The notes beneath the pieces are model-generated. The model saw only the letters and a program-made list of their open reading frames with translations, ran no database searches and was not told the DNA's origin. Below are positions 9,708-19,279 of a DNA stretch of 64,000 nt, one piece after another. This stretch comes from a virus (Duplodnaviria; Caudoviricetes): IMG/VR virus record IMGVR_UViG_3300031902_000003, positions 1 to 64,000 of that record; one strand, given 5' to 3'. Position numbers and translations under genes: made by a program. The stretch's first letter is position 1, and each line of letters opens with the position of its first letter.

Positions 9708-10653
9708 AGGCAGACATCTAATCACAGGTAGTACATTTGACGACATCTATCAAGATCTTCTGTGGACTGTAAACAATAATCCACAACATGTTTGCAGTCC
9801 AAGAGGATCAAAGATTAAAGAGAATCTTGCAGTAACTCTTGTTCTTTCAAATCCAAGAGCACGACTTCTTTCTTGCGTGAAGAGGAATACGAATTATGGA
9901 TTTGCAGTTGGAGAGTTCCTCTGGTATTGGAATGGTAAGCGCGATCTAGAAACAATGTTGTACTATAACAAGAGGATGAAGGATTACTCAGATGATGGTG
10001 AGACTTTGAACTCTGCTTATGGATATAGATTGAAAGTGGAGAATGCTCAGTTCATTAATCCGAAGGGACAGTGGTCAACAGCAATTCACACCCTCGTAAA
10101 GGATCCAGATTCGAGGAGAGCTGTTCTTCATATCAATAGAGCTTCAGATCAACTTGTTGCAGACATTGAGGGTTCAAGTGATGTTCCTTGTACTCTTTCA
10201 CTTCAATTCTTCATTAGAGATAATAGACTCGATCTTCATGTTCATATGCGTTCAAATGATATCATGTGGGGATTGACGTACGATCTCTTTAGTTTCACTC
10301 TATTTCAAGAGTGTATGTTACTTGAACTTAAGGAATGGGAGAAGTTCAAGGATCTAAAGCTCGGTAAGTACTATCACACGGCAGGCTCTCTTCATATCTA
10401 CGAGAAGCATTTCGACCAAGCCTCAGAGATCTGTATGGAATATGGTCTTGGTGTTGATTACAAGCAACCACAGGAACCTCTGGTTAGCCTCGAGGACCTC
10501 GATAAGGTGAGTGATGTGGAAAAGGTCCTACGTTTAAAGCAGGGTCCTCTGTTCGTCTCTGGCTCAATTGAAGGAACTGAATTGTGGATGATTGATGAAT
10601 TGAAACATCACAGAGCTAAGAGAGACCTGGAAGCACTGAATAAGAAAGAATAG
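9697..10653 (+). CDS. thymidylate synthase-fold pyrimidine (probably dCMP) hydroxymethylase/modifying enzyme
   Basis: GEFLWY, DSRRAV, DVPCT (catalytic Cys), RSNDIMWGLTYD with Asp at the position of E. coli ThyA N177, YYHTAGSLHIYE. Confidence 0.85.
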   Translation: MAIEGRHLITGSTFDDIYQDLLWTVNNNPQHVCSPRGSKIKENLAVTLVLSNPRARLLSCVKRNTNYGFAVGEFLWYWNGKRDLETMLYYNKRMKDYSDDGETLNSAYGYRLKVENAQFINPKGQWSTAIHTLVKDPDSRRAVLHINRASDQLVADIEGSSDVPCTLSLQFFIRDNRLDLHVHMRSNDIMWGLTYDLFSFTLFQECMLLELKEWEKFKDLKLGKYYHTAGSLHIYEKHFDQASEICMEYGLGVDYKQPQEPLVSLEDLDKVSDVEKVLRLKQGPLFVSGSIEGTELWMIDELKHHRAKRDLEALNKKE

Positions 10654-10673
10654 TTATTAACGGGAGAGCTAAT

Positions 10674-11045
10674 ATGGAATTTCCGAAGTCAAACTACAGA
10701 GCAAGATGTATCAAGGTTGTAGATGGGGACACTCTAGATCTAGAAGTAGATATTGGTTTTCATCTAAGAGAGATTGGAAGGTTCCGAGTTCTTGGAATCG
10801 ATACTGCTGAGCTTCATGATAAGGATCCAGCTAAGAGGGCATTGGCTGTAAAGGCCAAGGAAACTGTTACAGAGCTTATGAAGACTCCAGTCGGCGTTGA
10901 ATGGCCACTTCTTGTAAGTACTGAAAAGGATCCTGATAACTTTGGTCGCTGGCTTATTAGTGTTCAGTTCGAGCAGAACTCATTACTTGTAGATCTTGGA
11001 CAGACTCTTATCGGGATGGGACTCGCTGTTCCATATGTGAAATAA
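10674..11045 (+). CDS. SNase/thermonuclease-like nuclease
   Basis: KVVDGDTL...FRVLGIDTAE...DNFGRWL...GLAVPY. Confidence 0.85.
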   Translation: MEFPKSNYRARCIKVVDGDTLDLEVDIGFHLREIGRFRVLGIDTAELHDKDPAKRALAVKAKETVTELMKTPVGVEWPLLVSTEKDPDNFGRWLISVQFEQNSLLVDLGQTLIGMGLAVPYVK

Positions 11046-11413
11046 TGAACAAGGACATGCTAGAAGATATCTTTGAGAGACAAAGAGTATTCATGGAGTT
11101 GTTGCGTGAGAATGATGTTCTCCCTGAATATCCAGTTGATTTGACCACGAAGCCAGGTCAACGACTAATAAGAGAGACGATGCTTAACACCATCGAAGAA
11201 CTCATGGAGGCTTCATTCTGTCTTCGTAATAAGGTTCATAAGTTGTCTGATGATAGATCAGTAGATCTTGATCACTACAAGGAAGAACTCGGAGATGCAT
11301 TGGCTTATTTCGTTGAAGCATGCATCTTCTCTGGATTTACTCCGAAGGAGATCTACGAAGAGTATTGCAGAAAGAATCAAATCGTGCAGGATAGAACAAG
11401 GAACGGGTACTAA
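11045..11413 (+). CDS. MazG-like / all-alpha dNTP pyrophosphatase
   Basis: IEELMEA...KEELGDALAYF (ExxE/ExxD helices) and YCRKN. Confidence 0.8.
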   Translation: MNKDMLEDIFERQRVFMELLRENDVLPEYPVDLTTKPGQRLIRETMLNTIEELMEASFCLRNKVHKLSDDRSVDLDHYKEELGDALAYFVEACIFSGFTPKEIYEEYCRKNQIVQDRTRNGY

Positions 11414-11415
11414 AC

Positions 11416-11706
11416 ATGAGTCAGATTGAACCGAATTTGGGTAAGGTTGTTGTGAAGGTTGAAGTAGAGAGTGAGAGAACTTCTGGTGGTCTTTACATTC
11501 CAGGGAGTGTTGTCTCTGACGGTGTCAAGAAGGCAACTGTTGTTGTCGTCGGCCCGCTCAGGAAGGTTGACGGTGAACTCACTGCTCTTCTTCTTAAGGA
11601 AGGTGACAGAGTTCTTGTTGATCCGCTTGGTGCAACCAAGATGAAGGTCGACGGTGTTGAGATGTTGTTAATGCGAGTTGAAGATATTCTAGCAAGAATT
11701 TCTTAA
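11416..11706 (+). CDS. groES: co-chaperonin GroES (Cpn10)
   Basis: IEPNLGKVVVK...TSGGLYIP...VVVGP...KEGDRVL...DGVEMLLMRVEDILA. Confidence 0.9.
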   Translation: MSQIEPNLGKVVVKVEVESERTSGGLYIPGSVVSDGVKKATVVVVGPLRKVDGELTALLLKEGDRVLVDPLGATKMKVDGVEMLLMRVEDILARIS

Positions 11707-11716
11707 GGAGAATAAA

Positions 11717-11911
11717 ATGTTTAACTACAAGAATGTTGATATTAAGTTTGAAGAGCATGCACAGAATTATTCGTCTAAGGATGGGTCTTTCACCGTAACC
11801 AGCGATGGCATGATCTATGTTGCAGAGAGTAAGTGTGGAGTGAGCTTCGGTTCTAATCCTGAAACTGCTCTCAATGGTGCCAAGAAGCAGATCGACTCTT
11901 CAACGAAGTAA
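11717..11911 (+). CDS. hypothetical protein
   Basis: SD aaggag; in-operon position. Confidence 0.65.
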   Translation: MFNYKNVDIKFEEHAQNYSSKDGSFTVTSDGMIYVAESKCGVSFGSNPETALNGAKKQIDSSTK

Positions 11912-11938
11912 TACAAAAGATTCAGGGAGTGGTGCTTA

Positions 11939-12955
11939 ATGAAATTGATTCAAGAGGAAAGCTTTGTCTTTGACGATCTATTAATAGTACCACAATATAG
12001 TGATGTAGCATCAAGATCAGATGTAAGTACCAGAGTAGAGATTGCTGGAATGCAGTTAGAAATTCCAATCATAGCAGCAAACATGGACACGATTTGCGGA
12101 CCAAAAATGGCTAGAGCAATGCATGAGCTTGGCGGTTTAGGAATTATGCATCGTTTTGCTGAGGCAGATCAAAGAATAATATGGGTCGGAAATCTTAAAG
12201 ACGATGGTGTGTACGCAGTTCCATCTGTTGGTTTAGGTACACAAGCTCTTGACGAACTGAATGCTTTTTTCAACGCTGGTGCCGATGCTGTTTGCATAGA
12301 TGTTGCCCATGGAAATTGTAAGAAGATGCATGATCTTGTCGATGAATTTTATAGTAAGAGAGTTAATAATGATAGACATCTCATCATCGGTAACTTTACA
12401 AGCGTAAATGATAATTTCATTCCCAGTCATCTTGACAATATCACATGGAAGATTGGGATAGGTCCTGGCAGTGCTTGCGAAACAAGAGTAGTCGCTGGGG
12501 TAGGTATGCCTCAAGCATCTGCAATCATGAACTGCAGGAAGCATATGCCTTACATGTATGCTCCTCTCATAGCAGATGGCGGAATTAAGAAGCCGGCCGA
12601 TGTTGCAAAAGCAATTGGACTTGGCGCATCTGCTGTAATGGTTGGCGGATATATCGCATTCACCGATGAAGTTCCAGATTTAGGAAGGGAAACATATAGA
12701 GGAATGGCTTCTGGAGCAGCTCAGATTGAACACAGTGGAAGAATTTCAAATGGTGTTCCAGAGGGCAAAAGTTTTATGGCGTCAGGAGAAGCACCGGGTT
12801 CTGTTGTCGATAAGGTGAATGAGCTTGTTGGAGGATTAAGATCAGCAATGAGTTACACTGGGGCACATAATGTGTTAGAATATCAAAACAAGGTAATCTT
12901 TCAGCGTGTTACTCCAGCAACCTCAACGGAGAACATAGCACACTTCGGGAAATAA
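11939..12955 (+). CDS. IMP dehydrogenase / GMP reductase family, no CBS domain
   Basis: FDDLLIVP, PIIAANMDT, GGLGIMHR, IDVAHG, GIGPGSACETR, IADGGI, YRGMAS, GGLRSAMSYTG. Confidence 0.92.
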   Translation: MKLIQEESFVFDDLLIVPQYSDVASRSDVSTRVEIAGMQLEIPIIAANMDTICGPKMARAMHELGGLGIMHRFAEADQRIIWVGNLKDDGVYAVPSVGLGTQALDELNAFFNAGADAVCIDVAHGNCKKMHDLVDEFYSKRVNNDRHLIIGNFTSVNDNFIPSHLDNITWKIGIGPGSACETRVVAGVGMPQASAIMNCRKHMPYMYAPLIADGGIKKPADVAKAIGLGASAVMVGGYIAFTDEVPDLGRETYRGMASGAAQIEHSGRISNGVPEGKSFMASGEAPGSVVDKVNELVGGLRSAMSYTGAHNVLEYQNKVIFQRVTPATSTENIAHFGK

Positions 12956-13627
12956 ATGGAACAATCTCAATTTATAATCTATGGACTTGTAGATCCAAGA
13001 AATGGAGAATTGAGGTATGTTGGGCAATCATCACGTGGATTTGATCGTCCAATGAATCATTGGAATAGAAAGAGATGTCGTGAAGCAAATGATCACTGTC
13101 ATTGCTGGATTAAAAATGTTCTCAGTGATTCTTTGATACCAGAAATTGAAGTATTGCAGGAATGCACTTTCGAAGATGAATTAAGCGAAGCTGAAATATT
13201 TTGGATAGCTTATTTTAAAGCCATCGGTTGCAGGTTAACAAATGCAACTCTTGGAGGAGAGGGAACAAGGGGATTTGTTTCTCCAATGAAAGGAAAGAAA
13301 CATTCTGAAGAAACAAAGAAAAAGATATCTATCGCAAATCTTGGAAAAATTTCGTGGAATAAAAACAGAAGTACAAAATTGTCTCACGCAGAAGCATATT
13401 CCAAATCTGGCGCGAAACAAAGATTGAGAAAAGGAACATTTTCAGAAGAAACAAAAAGAAAAATCGGAGAAGCAAGTTCTAAAAAAATTCCGTGGAATAA
13501 AGGAAAAACACAGAAGGGTCATCCTCATACAAAAGAATTTAAAGAAATGATGAAAAATCGTATTGTTTCTGATGAGACTCGTCAAAGAATGAGATTATCT
13601 GCTAAGAAACGATGGGGAAAAGAATGA
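12956..13627 (+). mobile_element. free-standing GIY-YIG homing endonuclease with NUMOD3-like repeats
   Basis: IIYGL...YVGQS, EIFWI...LTN..GGEG, and repeated HSEETKKKIS/FSEETKRKIG/VSDETRQRM. AT-rich; ATGA overlap with dnaE. Confidence 0.88.
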
Positions 13628-16600
13628 TAAAGGAATTTGCAAGTCTTCACAACCACACACATTTTTCTACAATGGATGGTCTGTCTTTGCCGGAGGAATT
13701 AATCCTTGCTGCAAAAAATAAAGGATTACGATCAATAGCTGTGACAGATCACGGTACTTGTCATTCGCACGCAGACATTTTCTTATTCGGAAAAAAACAC
13801 AATGTAAAAGCAATCCTCGGTGTTGAAGCATATGTTATTCACGACATCGATGAATGGAAGCTTCTGAAGGATTCTGTTGGTCTTGATGATACTGAAGAGC
13901 GTGATTCAAACTCTGCTGGTGATGACGAAGCAAAGAAGTTATCTAAACAGTTGTATCGTAAAGGACATCTCGTTCTTCTTGCTTGTAATCGAGAAGGTCT
14001 CGCAAACATCTACCAGTTGACATACAAGGCTCATAAGCTTGGATTTTATTCCAAACCTCGTATGGATAAGAAGATGCTCAAGGAACATGCAACTGGCGTT
14101 GTTGCAACTTCTGCCTGTATGGGTGGAGTTGTTTCAAATAAGTGCTGGGACTTGAAGAATGGTCGTTGTGAGTGGAAAGATGTAGTCAATGAAGCAAGAG
14201 AGTACGACGACATCTTTGGGAGAGGAAGATTCTTTCTTGAGCTTCAATTCAATGAGAGTGAAGGTCAGACGTTCATCAATGATTGTCTTATCAAGATTCA
14301 TCAGGAAACTGGAATCCCATTGACTGTCACCACAGATTCTCATTATGTCAATGAGGATCAATGGAAGGCTCAAGAGTTTCTTTACATGCTTCGTTCTAAG
14401 AAGACTCTTGCAACTCGTGGTGACAAGTGGAACTTTGAAGTCAAGCAACTCTATATCAAGTCTCCAGAAGAAATGTGGCAGACATTTGAGAAGTTCGGAA
14501 AGACTGTTGACACTAAGATTGCACTTGAAGCCTTTCAGAACACTCTTCTCATTGATAGCCTAGTGGAATCCTTTGAGCCTGATACGCATCGACGGCTGCC
14601 CTCTCTGCCCTTCGAGGATCCATTCATGGAGATGGCCAAGAGAGCAGTGAAGGGTTTGAAAGGTCTTGGACTTGCAGATAAGGACGAGTACAAGCAAAGA
14701 CTTCTAAGAGAACTTAAGATTATTCAAGAGAAGGGATTCTCTAACTACTTCTTGATTACACAGAAGATTATCGAAGAAGCAAAGAAGTATATGCTTGTTG
14801 GTGAAGGTCGAGGTTCTTCTGCAGCTTCACTTGTATGTTATTGTCTTGGTATCACTGACCTTGATCCTATTGAACACGATCTCCTCTTTGAAAGATTCAT
14901 GGATCCTAGTAGAACTGAAGAGCCTGACATTGACGTTGACTTCGAAGATACTGAAGCTACAAAAGACATGCTTCGTAAGATGTTTGGAGAACAGAACGTC
15001 GCTTGCCTTTCTTCATATGGTACATTTCAAATCAAGGGATTGCTAAAGGACATCGGCAGAGTCTACGACCTTCCTGTGAAGCTCATCAATGATGCAAACA
15101 AGAAGATCGACAAAGAGTTAAAGGTTCTTTTCCACAATCAAGATAAGAGTACTCTTGTTATTAAGCTTGAAGACGTTGAAAGAGTTAGTGCTACATTCAA
15201 CCAACTCATCAAAGAATATCCAGTCGTTGGCGAACAACTTAAGAATCTATATGGAAGAAATCGTCAGGTAAGTCGCCACGCTGCAGGTGTGATCATCGGA
15301 GATAATCTTCCAGCAGAAACTGCACTCTTCGTACAGAAAGATCCCGATACAGGTAAACAAATCGTTCAGACATCATTCACCGAGGGTATTGTCAATAAGA
15401 ACGTTTCATCGATGGGATTCACCAAATTCGATATTCTTTCTATCACGACTCTTGAAGTTATACATTATGCTTTGAAGCAGATCTCTGAAAGAACTGGAAG
15501 ACCGTTACCAGAGCTTAGAGAAATGATTCGATCCAAGAATATGAACCTTAATGATCCAAAGATCATGAAGCACGTATTCTCCGATGGTAACTTCGCTGGT
15601 GTATTCCAGTTTACTGAAAAGGGAATCAGAAGATTTGCAAAGAGTGTAAAGCCAGATACATTCGTAGACATCTCTGCTATTGCTTCGATCTATCGTCCTG
15701 GTCCTCTTGCTGGTAAGTTCGATAAGCTTTATGCTCATAACAAGCATCATCCAGAAGATGTCACATATGAACATCCGATGTTAGAGGTGTTGCTGAAGAA
15801 GACAAGAGGATGCATCGTGTTTCAGGAACAGCTGATGCAGATTTGTAACTCTCTTGGTAAGATGTCTTGGAAGGACGTGAATGCCGTCCGTAAGGTTCTT
15901 CTCAAGAAAGACAAGAGCAAGAGCGAAGAGTTCCTAAAGTCAGAGAATGAAAGACTTGCTGGACTCTTTTTTAAAGGTTGCGAAGAGAATGGATATCCGA
16001 AAGATAAAGCAGAGAAGTTGTGGAAGGATCTGCTCGCATTCGGTGGTTACGGATTTAACAAGGCACACTCAGATGCTTACTCTGTTATGACGATGCAGTG
16101 TGCATACCTTGCAACGTATTATCCAATGGAATTCTATTCTGCTCTTCTTACCGTCGGCAAGTCTGGCGAGTTGCAGCAATACGTTGGAGATATTCAAAGA
16201 GCTGGGATAAAGATTCTTCCAGTAGATATCAACGCTAGCAAGGGTGCTCATGTCATTGAAGGTGATACAATTAGACTATCACTGAGATCTGTCAAGGGTG
16301 TTGGTCCGTCGGCCATCGAAAAGATTGTTGCGGCTCAGCCATACACAAGTTTCGTTGACTATATGGAGAGATCTGGCGTTGGTAAGACTGCAACTGAACC
16401 TCTCATTGCAGCTGGAGCATTCGACTCTATTCATCCCAACATGCATGATCTTGATATCAACTACTCAATCTACTGTGAGATTCCAGATTATAAGAGGAAG
16501 ACAAAGAAGAAGAATGATCCCGAGGCAATTTGTTTCGATGACTTCGTTAAATTCTTTGATAGACAAGATGTATATGAAGATTATAATCTGCATCAAAAGA

Positions 16601-17064
16601 TGCAATTTGAAATTGAATTGTTTGACTTCTCTCTTAGAGGAACTCCATTTGATGTATTGAATAGAGAATCTAAGATTGTTTCATATCTTGAAAGTAAGAT
16701 CTCACCATCATCAGCAATTGGGTATGGTATTGATTTGGCTGATGTTTTGGCTACTGATCACGAGATAATCTGTCTTCCTGTTGCTGTAAAGAGAATCTTT
16801 GAAAAGGTACAAAGAAACGGACAGATGATGGCATTCTTAACTCTTGCTACTTATGATGGAGCAGAATTCGATACTGTATGCTTTGGTACAATCTGGAAAT
16901 GGGTTAGACCAGCAGTCAAGAAGGGTTCTGTTTACATGGCGACTTTCAATAGAAAGCTTGGAGAAGATTCTGAGAACTTGGTCGTTGGCAAGCCAGGGTT
17001 TGCTCACTCCATGAATTCTGCTCAAGGCTACATGGTCAACGTAGATTCACTGGGGATTTCATAA
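13624..17064 (+). CDS. dnaE: DNA polymerase III alpha subunit (family C)
   Basis: PHP motifs HNHTHFS/TDHG/TDSHY, GRGSSAASL, PDIDVDF, GVFQF, YRPGPL, FQEQ, YGFNKAHS, C-terminal OB fold. Confidence 0.96.
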   Translation: MIKEFASLHNHTHFSTMDGLSLPEELILAAKNKGLRSIAVTDHGTCHSHADIFLFGKKHNVKAILGVEAYVIHDIDEWKLLKDSVGLDDTEERDSNSAGDDEAKKLSKQLYRKGHLVLLACNREGLANIYQLTYKAHKLGFYSKPRMDKKMLKEHATGVVATSACMGGVVSNKCWDLKNGRCEWKDVVNEAREYDDIFGRGRFFLELQFNESEGQTFINDCLIKIHQETGIPLTVTTDSHYVNEDQWKAQEFLYMLRSKKTLATRGDKWNFEVKQLYIKSPEEMWQTFEKFGKTVDTKIALEAFQNTLLIDSLVESFEPDTHRRLPSLPFEDPFMEMAKRAVKGLKGLGLADKDEYKQRLLRELKIIQEKGFSNYFLITQKIIEEAKKYMLVGEGRGSSAASLVCYCLGITDLDPIEHDLLFERFMDPSRTEEPDIDVDFEDTEATKDMLRKMFGEQNVACLSSYGTFQIKGLLKDIGRVYDLPVKLINDANKKIDKELKVLFHNQDKSTLVIKLEDVERVSATFNQLIKEYPVVGEQLKNLYGRNRQVSRHAAGVIIGDNLPAETALFVQKDPDTGKQIVQTSFTEGIVNKNVSSMGFTKFDILSITTLEVIHYALKQISERTGRPLPELREMIRSKNMNLNDPKIMKHVFSDGNFAGVFQFTEKGIRRFAKSVKPDTFVDISAIASIYRPGPLAGKFDKLYAHNKHHPEDVTYEHPMLEVLLKKTRGCIVFQEQLMQICNSLGKMSWKDVNAVRKVLLKKDKSKSEEFLKSENERLAGLFFKGCEENGYPKDKAEKLWKDLLAFGGYGFNKAHSDAYSVMTMQCAYLATYYPMEFYSALLTVGKSGELQQYVGDIQRAGIKILPVDINASKGAHVIEGDTIRLSLRSVKGVGPSAIEKIVAAQPYTSFVDYMERSGVGKTATEPLIAAGAFDSIHPNMHDLDINYSIYCEIPDYKRKTKKKNDPEAICFDDFVKFFDRQDVYEDYNLHQKMQFEIELFDFSLRGTPFDVLNRESKIVSYLESKISPSSAIGYGIDLADVLATDHEIICLPVAVKRIFEKVQRNGQMMAFLTLATYDGAEFDTVCFGTIWKWVRPAVKKGSVYMATFNRKLGEDSENLVVGKPGFAHSMNSAQGYMVNVDSLGIS

Positions 17065-17298
17065 ATGAAAATACATTGGTGGGAAGATTCTGGCAGTAGA
17101 TACACTTGCCATGAAAATGTAATGGGAGCGAGCTTCGATGAATCAATAAGAGGCTATCTTGTAAGAGAAAGTAATTCGAGATGGTTCTACGTTGTCATTG
17201 GACAAGATGAAAAGGTCGGACCGTTTGAACAATTGCTGGTGGCTCGTAAAGCATTAGAGGCTGCTTTGCATGCTGAACCTGTAGATACTAATGACTGA
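17065..17298 (+). CDS. hypothetical protein
   Basis: Abuts the dnaE stop; in-operon. Confidence 0.6.
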   Translation: MKIHWWEDSGSRYTCHENVMGASFDESIRGYLVRESNSRWFYVVIGQDEKVGPFEQLLVARKALEAALHAEPVDTND

Positions 17299-17307
17299 GA
17301 GGATATA

Positions 17308-18450
17308 ATGAGAGAGATTTGTCTTGTAGTTCCCACGATCAGAGAGAATTCCATGAAGGATTTTATTGATCGCTGGCGTGATATTGGTTTGTTCGAGGCT
17401 GTTGATTTGATGGTTATGGAAGATAATCCTACCAAGACCTTTACACTTCCATCGCTTGTATCAAAGAGTGAGCAGGAGGCTGCAGAAAAGGGACAGGCAA
17501 CTGATAGGAATAGCTATCACTTGTCATGGGAAGACATTGCCGCCGACCTCGGAGAGAACGAGTGGATCATTCCTAGACGGTCCGATACAGTTAGGAGCTT
17601 TGCATATTGGAAGGCATGGAAGCTTGGTTACAAGTTTATCATGACTCTCGATGATGACTGTTATCCTTGTGGTGAGAAGGACGGCGTAACGTACACTGGA
17701 CAGGCATTTGTCGGTGAGCACCTACGCCAACTCACTCAGAGAACGAAGTGGTTCAATACGCTGAATTCCGTTAAGCCAAGAGGCATTCCATTCTTTAATC
17801 ATGGTGTCTGTGACAATGTCATTGTCAATCATGGTCTGTGGACGAATGTTCTTGACTATGATGCTCCGACTCAGCTTGCGGCTCCTGTTGCCGAGAAGTT
17901 CTCATTCGACAGTAAGGTCATTCCCAATGGTCTTTACTTTCCGATGTGTGGAATGAATGTCATGTGGAAAGCAGAGGCGACTCCTCTTATGTATCATCTA
18001 CTTATGGGAAAGAGGAAGTCTGCATTTCCTGGCATGTCGACAGACAAGGATGGTCTCGTTAAGCTTCCATTTGATCGCTTCGGAGATATCTGGGCTGGTA
18101 TCTTGATGAAGAAGGTTGCAGATCATCTTAGACTCTCTGTTGCGACTGGCATGCCATATATTCGTCATGAGAGAGCTTCAAATCCTTTTACCAATCTTAA
18201 GAAGGAAGCAAACGGAATTGAGGTCAACGAAGGATTCTGGATGTACGTAGATAAGATTGCCTTGAATGGCTCTCACGAACTAGATGTCATCTACGAGCAG
18301 ATTGGTCTCTGGTTTCAAGGAGAATGCGGAGATGAGACTGTTCCGATGATCACTCAGGTATTCAAAGAGTTTGCAGAGCATGAAGAATACTTTGTACTAC
18401 TTGGGAAGGCTATGGTACAATGGGCAAGGTTGTTCCGAAAGGATAAGTGA
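17308..18450 (+). CDS. reversibly glycosylated polypeptide (RGP) / UDP-arabinopyranose mutase-like protein (GT75, GT-A fold)
   Basis: [74 protein letters not shown]. These align motif by motif with recalled plant RGP motifs (DDDC, [58 protein letters not shown]). Confidence 0.9.
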   Translation: [380 protein letters not shown]

Positions 18451-19016
18451 TGTACGATCAAAAGATTTATATCTTTGACTCTCCTGACGGAACTGGAAAG
18501 ACTGAGATCGCAAAGGAACTTTCAAGAAGGATTCAGGTTCCTTATTTTAAGATGACAACTGAACATGAGAACTGGAGGAAGGGAACGTTCATTGACGCTC
18601 TTCGTTTTGACCAGACTTATCTTGCTCAGTTCCTGAAGCAGACTAGACACTCAGCAATTATCGATAGAGCATTTCCAGCTGAATGGGTATACTCAAGAGT
18701 GTTTGGTCGTATGACAGATCATGATGTTTTGAATAAGGTTGATGCTGACTTTGCAGAACTTGGTGCAAGAATCATCATGCCTCTTCGTAGAGATTATACT
18801 AACACTAGAGATGACGAAGTAGTTCCAAGAGAGAAATATCAGGCCATTCACAACATGTATCTTCAGTTCTCTTCATGGACAAAGTGCAGCGTCGTTCAGC
18901 TTTACGTTGATGATTTCGAAAATAAACTTTCAGATGAAATCCATCAAATCTATCAAGGTCTTGATGATGTCGATTACTTTAAATGTAAAAGAGTAAGCAT
19001 AAGAGGAAAATTGTGA
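18447..19016 (+). CDS. P-loop nucleotide monophosphate kinase (dTMP kinase-like)
   Basis: IFDSPDGTGKT, IIDRAFPAEWVYSRVFGR. GTGA overlap with the RGP-like gene. Confidence 0.85.
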   Translation: MMYDQKIYIFDSPDGTGKTEIAKELSRRIQVPYFKMTTEHENWRKGTFIDALRFDQTYLAQFLKQTRHSAIIDRAFPAEWVYSRVFGRMTDHDVLNKVDADFAELGARIIMPLRRDYTNTRDDEVVPREKYQAIHNMYLQFSSWTKCSVVQLYVDDFENKLSDEIHQIYQGLDDVDYFKCKRVSIRGKL

Positions 19017-19279
19017 AATTCATTCATAGAATTAGAATCATCCTTGCAAACTTTTTCTTCATGTTATCTGTTTGGTTAGAGCCAGAGATTGATTACAACA
19101 AAGAGTATCTTGAACAAGTGGAAAGTGAAGTTGACAAGATGCTTCTTGACAAATCAATCAAAACAACAGTAAAAGGATTCTCACCCATTTCAACAATTAA
19201 TAAACATTCAACCACGACAGATCAAGACATGGATGACATGGTTCGCGGGTTTCTTATTGGAAAGGAAGATAAAAAGTGA
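19013..19279 (+). CDS. hypothetical protein, hydrophobic N-terminus
   Basis: 4-nt overlaps with both neighbours. Confidence 0.65.
   Translation: MKFIHRIRIILANFFFMLSVWLEPEIDYNKEYLEQVESEVDKMLLDKSIKTTVKGFSPISTINKHSTTTDQDMDDMVRGFLIGKEDKK

Noticed and set aside
9697-10653. Ordinary thymidylate synthase (thyA)
   Set aside because: Asp at the N177-equivalent position and an intact thyX elsewhere in the window.
12956-13627. Group I intron carrying the GIY-YIG gene
   Set aside because: Both neighbours are complete (IMPDH C-terminus, dnaE N-terminal PHP motif) and directly abut the ORF, leaving no room for an intron core.
2704-17064. Inteins in RecA, helicase, RNR or DnaE
   Set aside because: Lengths are ordinary and no C...HN splice motifs or LAGLIDADG blocks were seen. 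The RecA C-terminal insertion is short and not intein-like.
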